A DNA stretch of 64,000 bases from NCBI RefSeq assembly GCF_009914755.1, contig NC_060935.1; one strand, 5' to 3'. This document shows, piece by piece, positions 45,201 through 58,760 of this stretch (positions within the stretch are counted from its first letter, which is position 1; each line of letters starts with the position of its first letter). The notes below the pieces were generated by a model. The model was not told the origin of the DNA and did not search any database. It saw only the letters and a program-made list of their open reading frames with translations. The stretch comes from the human T2T-CHM13v2.0 reference genome, Homo sapiens. Both the position numbers and the translations under genes were made by a program.

Positions 45201-47595
45201 TCAGGGAGACCAGTTGTCTTGGAGTCAGACAAGTAGGTGCTAAATAGTGAATGACAAATATATATACATTTTTTACCTGTTTGTTGATCTTTAAAATATT
45301 TCCCTGTCTATTTAACAAAGCTGTTATGATAAACAAAGTCATCTTGAGATTATGGGAGTGGAAGAGTTTTATAAGACGAAGAATGCTATATAACACAAGA
45401 TGTGTCATGATTACCGTTATTTTGTCTTGCCATTTTGACCATCTGGACAATCAATTCAGCTATAGCTACTAAAGCAGTTACATCAATTGTGCTATAATCT
45501 ACATCTGCTGTTACAGGACTTTCAAAGTAGCTATATGAGCCCTGCCATGGTTCTTCATTTTTCATGAATTAATCCAGTAAGAAAGAAATAAACATAACTG
45601 ATAGAACTCTTAAGTGAAAGCCACACTTAATTCCTCAGCCAAGCATTCAAGCAGGCACCCAATTCATAAGGATGATACAAATTCAATGGAATATTACCCC
45701 CTTGATTTATTCTGTCACTACAAATGGTTGTGTATGACAGTTATGTGAAAATCATGAAAAGTATTATGTGTCATAATTGTAATTCTGGGGTAGAGGAACC
45801 AATGAAAAATAAATGTAGCTTTATTTTTATTGGATGAGTCTAATAGCCACATTAAACATGACATAAATTTGATTTGCAAAAGTAACATTGATCAATACCT
45901 AACACAAGCATCGCACACATAGTATACCCTCAATAAATACAGACATGGACGCAAACAGAGTTACCAGAACCATCTAACACTAACTACTAATTACTGCTCT
46001 TGGTCACCTGAAATGTTAAAGGTATGGAAATGTTTGCTGGAAAAGGTTTTTATTTCTCCAGGTAGCTAATAATTCTTCTTAATTTTAGGTACACAATACA
46101 GCCTTTCATTAAGGCATTATTTGTTAACCAAATTTGTCATTCAGAATAGTAAGTTAACAATGATTGGACACAGTCCTTAGCTATATAAGTGTTGTATCCA
46201 GGCTGGCTGTCATTACAGCATATACTCTTCTAGTATCATTTTTTTTAGGGGTCATAAAGGGACAGAGTTGCCCTCTGTTTCCATCTAAAATATTGCTATC
46301 TATCAAAATACCACAAAATAGAGGCTGGTGACCTGATTAAAAAGGGCCCTATGATATTTTGTCTCCAAATTATCTGAAATTATTAAATTTTTAAAATCCC
46401 TACTCAGAGAAAATTTCAGGACAAAAACGGTAAAAAAAAAAAAAAAAAAAAAACTTCATTCCAGTACCCCATGTAATATTTCCATTCAGTCATTTATCAT
46501 TCAACAATATCCATTCAACATATGTCAGACTTCAATTCTGGGTATAAATGGTAAAGAAAAATATATATAGTGACGAGGTTCATGTTCTTATGGAATTTAC
46601 CATTCAGTGATCAAGACAGACATTAGTAAGCAAAGGAATATCTTATTACAAATGACAAAAAAGTACTATGAAAAGTAAAAACAGGATTGATCTATTTCAG
46701 ACTGGAATGGCAAAGGGGGGTCAGAGAAGGCTAATCTAAGAAGGTTACATGGGTTGAGATAAGAAGCACAAGAAAGAATCAGCAAGGTAAAAAGGTGGGG
46801 CAGTTGTAGGAAGGAAGAGCTTGTGTTTCAGTTTTCAGTTGACAAAATCTGGTCTTTGTAGTTACAGATAACCTAATGGGTTTGAGCATTTACTTTCCAA
46901 TTTAATAAACTATAAAGTTTGTGGGACTGAATTTTGATATTTGTTTTATGTACAATGAAATATTATTTCAGTAAACAAAGTACTTGAAATGAAATAATTG
47001 AATAGGCAGGGGAACTGTCTGAAGTATTGTTAGGATGATGATTTTAAAATAATGATGAGGGTACATTTTAGCACTAATAGTTGCATGACCGTACAGTTTG
47101 GTGGCTTTCTATAATTCACAAAGCACTGTCCAGTAGAATAATTTAATTGAAGCCTCTCATAAAATCTCACAGTGATGATGTGATAAAATGAAAAGAGTCC
47201 TAAATTTTAAATCAGAAAACCCACAATATAGTTTACTACTACTTGTTGGCTGTACAGTCTTTGGTAAACCACTTAGGCTCAGAATTAGCACCTCATCTAA
47301 TGAAAAATGAATTGATGATAATAACACCAAAATTGCCTACCCTTGCACTGTCATTATGAAGACAAATGAAATCACTTTTGAGAAGGTGCTTAACAAATCT
47401 TAAAATGTAATATAAATTTAAGGTATCTGAAGTTTTATTATTGTTAGTCTCATTTTAAAGTGGACAGATAACATTTCCCTCATTTTTCCAATGGGTAAAC
47501 TAAAGCACAGGAAAGGTAAATAATTTTTGCAAAGAAGCATTGCTAGAAATGTGAATCAGATATCATCATCCAGTTCTTCCTCCTCTCTTCCCTTT

Positions 47596-48262
47596 CTTTT
47601 TTTTTTTTTAATTATACTTTAAGTTCTGGGGTACAAGTGCAGAATGTGCAGGTTTGTTACATAGGTATACACGTGCCATGGTGGTTTGATGCACCCATCA
47701 ACCCGTCAACCAGATTAGGTATTTCTCCTAATGCCATTCCTCCCTTAGCCCCCCACCCCTCAACAGGCCCTGGTATGTGATGTTCCCCTCCCTGTGTCCA
47801 TGTGTTCTTATTGTTCAACTCCAACTTATGAGTGAGGACATGCAGTATTTGGTTTTCTGTTCCTGTGTTAGTTTGCTGAGAATGATGGTTTCCAGCTTCA
47901 TCCATGTCCCTGCAAAAGACATGAACTCATCCTTTTATATGGCCACATAGTATTCCACGGTGAATATGTACCACATTTTCTTTATCCAGTCTATCACTGA
48001 TGGGCATTTGGGTTGGTTCCAAGTCTTTGCTATTATAAACAGTGCCAGAATAAACATATGTTTGCATGTGTCTTTATAGTAGATTGATTTATAATCCCTT
48101 GAGTACATACCCAGTAATGGGATTGCTGGTTCAAATGGTATTTCTGGTTCTAAATCCTTGAGGAATGGCCACACTGTCTTCCACAATGGTTGAACTAATT
48201 TACACGCCCACCAAAAATGTAAACGCACTCCAATTTCTCCACATCCTCTCCAGCATCTGTTG
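47596..48262 (-). mobile_element. 5'-truncated L1PA (about PA7/8) 3' end
   Basis: Poly-T, ttatactttaagttctggggtaca; ORF 47935 encodes LVQPLWKTVW.FLKDLEPEIPF (ORF2p C-terminus); possible TSD cttcccttt. Confidence 0.95.
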
Positions 48263-49049
48263 CTTCCCTTTTTTTTATGTTTTCATTCATTCAACAAACA
48301 TTAGACTATTAGGATGGCCATATAATTCATCATTAACAATGGGCACTTTTGAAAATAAAAGTGAGCACTACTAATGGGTACACTACGAAGAAGGGAGGTA
48401 AACACCAGGACTCTTCTGGAAACCTAATTCATATGGTCACCCTAAGTAATATGCACTGGAAATCAAGGAATAAACAAAAGCAGCCTTTGCCCTAAGAGTC
48501 TGATTTAAAAAATAGGTAAAAACAGTCAAAGAAAGTAATGCAGTGTTGTAAAGGGTAAAACAGGTATGTGTAGGTAGTTATGGGAATTTGAAAGAAGGGC
48601 ACTTAAACCAGTCTTGGGGGCTTAAAGAACACTTAAAAAAGGAAGTGATCTGTGCACTGAAACTTAAACGCTGAAGTATCCTGGTAGGTAAATAGTAAAA
48701 AGCATCTGAAGCAGCAGAAAGAGTCTTTAAAAAGTGTGTCATATTCAGGGAATTGTAACTATTTGGGGAGGAGCATATAGGTTCATATGAGTAAGTAGAA
48801 GGAAAGGAGCTTGGAGAAGTCCAAAGAGGTTGAACCTGGGGTCTTGATGCTTTTACTAAAGGGATTGTACTTAATCCTGGGGGCTAAAGGAGGATTTTGA
48901 AGCAGGGAAGCAACATGATCAAAATCTATATTAAAAAGTTCCCACTTCCGTCATTACAGCACACAAGGCCCTCACTCTGGTGAGCCGTCCTGCTATAATA
49001 CGTCAATGGTTTTAATACATTCTAACCATCATCCTTTTAATGAATCTCA

Positions 49050-51850
49050 GCCATGTAAGAATATGAGAAAAATAAGCAAGACCAAACCAAATGACACACA
49101 AAATCCTATCAACTAAAACCAGAAAAGTGGGCTGTAGCAAAATGAAAGCCAGCATGCCCAGAGGAAAAATAGTTCTTTCAGGTCTGAGATCAGAAAATTT
49201 GAGAATCTAAAGTTAAGCAAGACTCTCAAAAGGGACCAAAGTGGCTCAAACTCAGAAGAGTCTTTTGGCTCCAATCAAAAACCAAGTCTAATCTTCTCTG
49301 GAAGAAAACGTCTCCATATTGACCCTGAAAATTCCCACTATTTAAGTCCAGCAAAAATATGAGACCACCATCAAGGAGATAGGATGAAACAGACTACTAT
49401 GAGTGACAAAGTGTAGAAACAACAGATGTAGACTTACAAGGACTTTAGATATTAAGATTATCAGACACATAATTTAAAATAGCCATGAGTAATATTTAAA
49501 TAAATAATGAAGAAAATATTTAAAAATATCAACAAATCCACTACCCAAGAAGGCGATTGTAAACAGACCTCTTTGACTCATTGATAGATGATGTAGGTAC
49601 AAATTTAGTAAAGGTATAGAAAATTTGAAAAATGTAAACAATTAATAAACTTACCTAATGAATATAATTATAAACTTGCATCCAATAATTACAGAACACA
49701 CATTTTTCTTAGGCAAACAAAAAACATTGACAAAATATTCACCACATTCTAGATTAAAATGAATTTCAGAGAATAGTTACCATAAAAAGTTTTCTAGATA
49801 TTATTAAATCAGAAATTAATAACACAAGAAAGAATTCTTAGGGAAATTTAAAAAAATTTTAAATAACCTGGCTCAAACAAATAAATATTTGTAAATAGGT
49901 GGGTTGGAATGTTAATTTAAAATACTGCATATCATATATTATATAATACCAAAGCACCTAAAATATATTGAAATAAATGTATAAATGTATTGTAATTTAA
50001 ATTGTTAATTAAAAGAAAATGGCAGAAGTCAATGTTACATCCCTCTGAAACATTTATGTTAAAGCAGGTTAAAGCCCCAAAAGTAGAGTTAATAATAATA
50101 CCAGAATAATAAAATTAAAACAAAAATAGTAAGAATAAAAGAAGAAAGAAAAAAAGAGAAAATGACAACACTAGGGATACAAAGTTGCTTGAACTAGCAC
50201 ACCCCAATCAATATAATCACATTAACACAATAGGGGAGAAAAATCATGATCATCTCAACAAATATAGAAGGAAAAAAGATACTATTCATTATCAACAATA
50301 ACAACAACAAAAATGAAGAGAACTGATAAAAAAATTCTCGAAAGTTTTTCAAAATTAATGCTTTTTTTAAATGTAAAATATTTAAGGAAGAAATTATAAA
50401 ATTGTATTGAAAGACATTAAAGATCTAAATAAATGCAAAAATAGTCTATATTTATAAATAGAAAAATTCAGTATCATAAGAAATCAATCTTCCCAAATTA
50501 ACTTATAGGTTCAAAGAAATTCCAAAAATAACCCCAATAAGAATTTTCACAAGTTTCCAAGTTCATCTAAAATGCACATGAAAGAATAAAACCTAAACAA
50601 AGACACACCTGAAGAAAAATAAAATGGAAGAATTTGATCTAGTAGACCCATTTTAATAATAATTTAAATTTTTAGTTAATGTAGTAATTTATTATAAAGA
50701 ATTTTTAATTAATATAGTATTGATTTGGCACAGAGATAAACAAGATGACCATGAAACAGAATACAGAACATAGAAACAGGCTCACATAGTATAGAAATAT
50801 GATATAGGACAAAGTGAGCATTGCAGATAAGTAAGGGGAGAAGAAAGAAGTGTTATTCAACACATGTTGCTATGAGAAATATTTAGTTATTTGGAAAATA
50901 AGAATACAAAATAATCAACACCAGACTCATTAAATACTTAAATATAAAAATTTTACAGTTTTATATCTTTATGATCTTGGGATAGGAAAATATTGCTTAA
51001 ATAAGACAGAAAATGTGTCAACTATAAAGAAAGAATAATTTTGATCATATTAAAATGAATAACTTAATCTACAAAGTGGGAGAAGACATCTATGATGAAT
51101 AGTGGATAGTATCCAGAAGATATAAAGAACTCTTAAAAATCAATAAGAAAAAGATAATACAATATAGGTGTAAGCACACAGCAATAAACCATTATTTTAC
51201 AGAAGCAGACACATGAATGCTGAATAAAGATATTTTTAAAACCTCAATAGTATTCCTCATTCTGAAAATATAAAGAAAGAACTCAACGATATTTTTGTAC
51301 TTCATAAGTCTGATAAAATTTTGTGTTGATGATGTGAACAATGCAAACTCTTAAACGCTTCTAGTAGGCAGATGAATCGGCACAACTACTTTAGAAAACA
51401 ATTTGACATGATCTTGTCAAGTTGAATAGGTGAAAACCATATGACTTAGTAATTTCAATCCTAAGGAAACTTGTGTACTGATACCAATAAAATTGTGCAA
51501 AAATAAATGTTGCTGCATTGTTTGCAGTAGCAAAAATTGGACAGAATCAAAGTATCTGTTAGCAAGAGCATGGAAAAATGAATAAATATTATCCCAGAAA
51601 TATTGCACAGAGTAGAAACGAACAATATACTACTACATGCAACAATGGGGATGACTTTTAAAAGCATTAATAAATGAGAAAAGCAAATTGCAGAAGGTGA
51701 AAGCACATAAATAGAATTAGGGAATGGGAAAAGGTACCCTCAAAGGTAACAGCATTATTCTAATTCTTAACTTGGAGGAGGGGCTTATGGTGTTGGTTTT
51801 ATTATTATACTATATCATTTCCACTCATATATTTTAGTTATTAAATATAA
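49050..51850 (+). mobile_element. Highly decayed old L1 (L1ME/L1MC-like), multiple fragments
   Basis: Very A-rich, with remnants such as aaaaatcatgatcatctcaac, gaaagacattaaagatctaaataaatg, gatatataaagaactc-like and ctactacatgcaacaatg. Confidence 0.75.
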
Positions 51851-54800
51851 CAGAGTAAAAACTATGGAAGTTTCTTTATAAAAAAATTCAATGTAGAAAA
51901 ATTACTCTGGCTACTGTGAGAAGAATGAACTGGAGTAGAGGAAGTCTGGAAGCTGGGGGTTAATTAGGAGATTATTTTCATGCTGAAGATTATGGTGTTT
52001 TTAAAAAGATAAGCACTAGCTGTGAGTATGGAGAAGGAATAGATGGATTTCCTCAATGAGTGGGATCACCATATTATAGATTCATGTTTTGGCCTGAAAA
52101 ATAAATGAGCCTCCCATGTACGCCTCATTTGTTCACTCGCTAATTGAATAAAATATTTATAGGAAGTCAGAATTAATTTAGGCACATAGAGAAACTTGCT
52201 AAGAGGTCACCAATAAGATTTTGGAGAGAAATAAATGTACAAGCTATTTGGAAGAGAACTAAAAGCAGGGGCTGCTGGCTGACTCACTAATTGGTTGGTC
52301 AGTTCCTACTAATGGGTATTTGCAATTACCTGGGCAAAGCATCCAAGTGGGCTGCTGGGGATTTTAAGATCAGCATCAGTAGTAACTGTGTCATAGGAAT
52401 AGCGCAAGGGTAAGAGTGTGTGGCTGTAAGATGCTTGGGGGAAGGGTGGCAGGAGGGATTTATTTGCTCAGAACACCGCCAAGCTGAAAATTGTCAGCAC
52501 ATTGGGCTGGAAAACAATTCTACCTACCCAGGACAAAGCACAGGTAACCTATAAATAGAAAGTTGCTTGTTGAAATTGTACATTAGTAGTACAACATTTT
52601 GAAGCTGTTACTGGACTCCTTAAGGGTCAGTAAGTAAGTAAAAAGTTGCGGACCGCACTTTCCCACTTTACACATCAAAGGGGGCATTGTTTGATATAAT
52701 TTTGACTTAATAGTTTGTCCACAGAGAATGGGCTGCTTTGTATTTAGATTTTGCTACAAAAGCAATCTTTGGGAAACCTAGCATGATTAAGGGAATAGAA
52801 AGTGTCTTCCTTTGTGTCAGAGAAAAAAATATTTATATTTTGGAAGTACCTTTATCCTGAATAACTTTTTTCCTCATAACTATCAGAGATAAATTGGTAT
52901 ACTTCCAGTTCACCACCAGAAAGAGTCTTTCTTGATAGGAGCATATGACTGTATAGAATGCTATACAACATGCTCTGACAGCAGCAGAGATTTACTGATA
53001 TTGGGTATTACGAGTGTAATCAGACCAACTACAAACATTCTTGGATATGAAATCCAAAAGTCAGATTCCTTCATAAGAGTCTGATCCCACAGTGGACTGA
53101 AAACTTCATACATCAGTCCTGCTTACTGAATAGTATCAACTTTAGCACACACTGATTTTGAGAATCAATGGGACCAGCAACACGTGTTAGGTGTTTCACA
53201 GAAGTGGAGGGGAGAACATTGCCAGGGAGACTTCATAGCAAAGGTGACTATTTAGCTTGTGATTGAAGGATGAGAGCATTCTATGTGGGTTGGAACTAAT
53301 ATTCCATGCAGAAGAAATGGCATAAAGAAAACATTAGACATGGTCAAAGAATGAGGAAAAATTTACTATGGCTATAGCTTAGAATTGAAGGATCAAAATG
53401 GTAGATCAAGACCTAAACATGGAAAGCTTTGAATGCCATGTATGTTCTAGCTCTGTTTTGCCGGAGATGGAGGATATCGACCACTGTGATACTTCCTCAA
53501 AGCTCTTTCAAATCTATGCTGGAGATTTGAGAGATAAACCAATCTCTGGAAATTTTATCATTGTGCTATCCCTTACATCAACTTCCTCCTTTTTAGTTTC
53601 ATAGCCTCCAATCTAGTGCAGGCCCTTATTAACTCTAGCCTCTTAACTTTGCATTCAGTCTCTCTGCTTTCCAGTGGATCCTATCAGTTGTTTGAAGAGT
53701 ACTATCCCAAACACCACCCTTTTGATTATGCTGCTCTTCTGTTTATCATTACATGACTCCCTACTGATGACTGGATATATCCCAACTATTAATAACTTCA
53801 TCCTGAGTTTTCCTACCTACATGTATTTACTTATGCCATTCCCTCCACCATGTGGAGGATAATCAACGTAATGACCCCACCTTTTTTCAAGAGGGAAACG
53901 GCAGACCTTCTGATCTCCCCGACACAAACTTGCTCCCTCCCTATCAAAATTCTACTCATTAAACTCCACTCAAGGAAAATTCTTTCCATGAAACCTTCCC
54001 AGACCTTTCCAGCTATGTAAAATAATAATCAGTGCTTATGTAGCACTTTCTAGCTTGTATAACACTTTATAGCTTATGGATCACTTATATCATTGAAAGT
54101 ATGGCAGAGAAATATTATTATAATATTATCACAGTTTTACAGATGAAGGAATGATTAGAGAGGTTCAGTGACTTAGTGTTAATTATGGATCTTCTTACTC
54201 CAGATCTCATGGTCTAAACTCTGTACATCATTCTTCTGCATTTGAATTTTTGAGAAATATTAACTACACACATTTTAATAGTTACTACCTCAATTACTTG
54301 TTTTTAATACAATGCATACACATAGTATTTAATAAACAAATGCAATGTTAATGTACCCAATTCAAATGATTCCAATCTAAAATAGACACTGGCTTCTTCC
54401 CTACCACCATAGTATACATACGTCCTTCCCACCACAATGAGAATATTTTTTCTCTTCATGTGTTACACAATTACCTCAGTATTGCAACAACTATTATACT
54501 GTAATTCATTTATTATCCTAATATTCTTCTCTGCTAGGTCCTAAAGTAGTCCAGTGATTGCAGTACATTTATTTTTGTATCTTCAATGCCTTACTAAGTG
54601 CTCACACATAATATGTACTCAGGGATTATTTACTGAGATGCTTACTAGAATAATGAACCATAACAGAAAATCTTTGAATAATGTAGGATATGGTCAGACA
54701 TCCATGTGTTGGATTCTTCAACTTGAGTAAAGATAGGGGGAAGAAATCGGGAGGTGACATCTAGGTTCTAAAAACTTTCCTGTTTTGTTTTGTTTTTGTT

Positions 54801-55432
54801 TTTTCAAAGAACTTGAGAAACTTCAGCAGTGTATTTTCCTGTTTTTCTTTTATACCATGCCTATTTCTACAGAGGATCTGAGGCATTAGTACCATCATAA
54901 TACCTAATGTTATTACTCCCACGATCACTAACGCCACCACTATATTTACAAGTAATTCTAAAATGGGATAATAACACTTTATTTCAATAACTAAATTGAT
55001 ACATATAAAACTTTAACACACTAAAACCTTGTAAACATCTTACAATTGATTGCTGTCATGATTATTTATATTATTTTTATTATCACTATTAGAACAATGG
55101 TCAGAATGACTACTGTAGTTATAACTCCTACTAGGAGTTCTCATACATTAAGCATTTATTGCTCAGGTACTGTATGAGGTCTATCAAATCATTATTATTA
55201 ACCTTAATAAAATCCTCCAAGAGCTTCACTATCATTCCCATTTAATAGAGACAGAAACTAGGGACTAAAGATTTACTCATCAAGCTCTTCCCCATGACAT
55301 TCCTCCTTTTATTGGTCCTCAGCATTTTCAGTGAACATCACAGGTCAAATAGTGCAAGCACTCCCCACTTTAACCCACACCACTCCCTCATCTTAAGACT
55401 AGCATGATAAAATTATCAAATAATACAGTTGA

Positions 55433-55772
<340 letters not shown>

Positions 55773-57308
55773 CGAGAGTCAACCTTTTATTCAAGTCAAA
55801 AGTCCTTAAAAATTTGAAGAATGAAACATCTAAAATTTCACATTACTCCCCCTGAAGCCAATGCATGTTCCTAGGACACTATTCATCACAGATGACTCTT
55901 TACCACAGACTACCTGTTACTGGCAACTGCACTAGAAACTGGAAACCATAATTGGGCTGGATTACCAAGTGGCCGCTCCATTTCTCCTGAACAAGCTGCT
56001 TCCGCATTACTTATGACTAGTTCCCATCAAGACTGGGATAATTATGTTATTTCTCTACTCAAGGTTACTCTATATGTGTCACCTAGAAATCAAATCAAGT
56101 CTGAAGTTTCTTCTGGGAGCATCTGCTTGTAACTTCCAGGTACTCTGAGAACACAATCTTATGATCCATGAAATAGATTCCCTAACTAAAAGCCAGACCT
56201 CATTTCTGTTGGAGGAAAATGATAAAAATATTGAAACTTCAGATGGAAACAAAGTTGGCCTGCATTACCCTTATTCAAGATCCAAGTGACAGACACTTCC
56301 CTAAAAATATCGGTATGATGAAAATTTGAAGTCTGAGGTTATCTGAAATTTTGACTATTTTTTTGATTCATGAACCTTGTATCTTTCTCATGATGGGCCA
56401 GACTATAGTTTAACATGTGAAAGAAAATCATGTTATTTGGAAACACTAGTCATTTAGATTATAAGAGAATAACCACAAGTGCAGTCTTCTAATCATATCA
56501 ATATTTTCTCTTTTCTCTTAAATTTTAAATGTGAAATTTAGTGGGATCCTTAGGTCAGGAATTAACAATTAGGTGCCAAGCATAGAATGTATTTTTCTTT
56601 GTCTTTGTCACCATTGTCTTTATCATTTTTATCATAATAATTATGATAGTAACTGCTATTGCTTATTGAGGACCGACTCTTTTGAGACTAGTTCGGGTGA
56701 TTCAGATCTATTATCTTTTATTATGAAAACAATATGAGGCAGGCGTGTTGCCCCTGCATTAAATAATATGGTCCTCTTTCAACAGTACTAGGAGATCTTA
56801 AAAGAACATATGTATAACTTATCAGTGGTTTCTAAATTTACATTAGGTGGAGTAAGAAGCACACCATTTTCTGTGAGGAGCCCTTATCTCTGGTACCCCT
56901 GGCAACAAGGTCCTGAGCATGATTCCTCTTTACTTCAAGACACAACACTCCTAACTCTTGAAAGCTGGGGTGGGAGGGAAGCCATGGGTAGCTTGCACAG
57001 GAAGTGGGAAGGTCTATGTATCTGGAATCCTCCTCCACATCATTGATTCATCTAGCAAATGTGCACATTGGGAAGCATGTGGGACTTAGGGAGGAAAGTT
57101 GGTGGAGCCAGTCACTGCCCATGACTCAGAGGTCTGAAGGTGGCAGAGCTTCTTGATATGTGAGGCTAAAATATATTTTGGCCTGAAACTCAGAGGGAAA
57201 AAAAGAAAGAAAAGATCCAGTCCTTATTAATTAAAATGAAAAAGGCACTGCTTATAAAATCAGCAACAAGGCTGAAGGTAGGGAAACACAAAGTTAGCTC
57301 TGCACTAG

Positions 57309-57782
<474 letters not shown>

Positions 57783-58235
57783 CAATTACACATTCAAAAT
57801 ATCCGAACACAGTATATTAGCAACCTAACATTGGCAATGTCAGAGACATTCACTTTAAACACAAGCCTATGCACAATCACTTATTCAACATTCTCAGTTG
57901 TTATTTATATATTTTGTATCCTATATCATTTGCTGTTAGTAAATTGAACGTAAGGTTTCTTGAACCCACAAAATACAGAAAAATCTCTAATTTCCAATTC
58001 CATTTCTGAACTCTTACAGAATTTACACATATACTACAAAAATTAAATTAGTACCTAATTGTAAAACCCCATATTATTCTGTTACTATAAACGAACAAAT
58101 TTTGTAGCATTCTCCCCCAGAGTACTGCAGCGGAAATTTCAGCAAAGGCTTGTACCCAAAAGTAGAAGCACAGGCTGTGGAGAAAGATAAACCTGAGTTT
58201 GAATCTTGTCTCTCAACAGACATTAGCTATGTAAC

Positions 58236-58630
58236 TGTATTAGGCTATTCTTGCATTGCCATAAATACCTGAGACTGGGTAATTTATAAAGAAAAGAAGT
58301 TTAATTGGCTTAAAGTTCTTCAGGCTGCAAAAGCCAGCATTTGCTCAGCTTCTGGGGAGTCCTCAGGGAGCTTTTACTCATGGCAGAATGTGAAACAGGA
58401 GCAGGTACTTCACATGGTGAAAATAACAGCAAGAGAAAGCGGTGGGAGGAGGTGCCACAGACTCAAACAACCAGATCTCATGAGAACTCACTCACTATCT
58501 CAAGGGCAGCACCAAGCCATGAGAATGCAACACCATGACCCAACCACCTCCCACAGGCCCCACCTCCAACATAGGGGATTACAATTCAACATGAGTTTTG
58601 TCAGGGACATATATGATCCAAACTCTATCA
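58236..58630 (-). mobile_element. MSTB-like MaLR solo LTR inserted in a MIR
   Basis: tgtattaggctattcttgcattgc...aactctatca; TSD gtaac/gtgac; MIR sequence on both sides. Confidence 0.88.
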
Positions 58631-58689
58631 GTGACAATGGTAAATTACTAGACCTCCCAAAAGTTCAAATGTCTCTTCTGAAAAATGAC

Positions 58690-58760
58690 TATATATATAT
58701 GTACACACATATATACACACATATATATATATATATACACACATATAGATATATATATAC
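58690..58760. repeat. (TA/CA) low-complexity repeat
   Basis: Directly visible. Confidence 0.9.
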
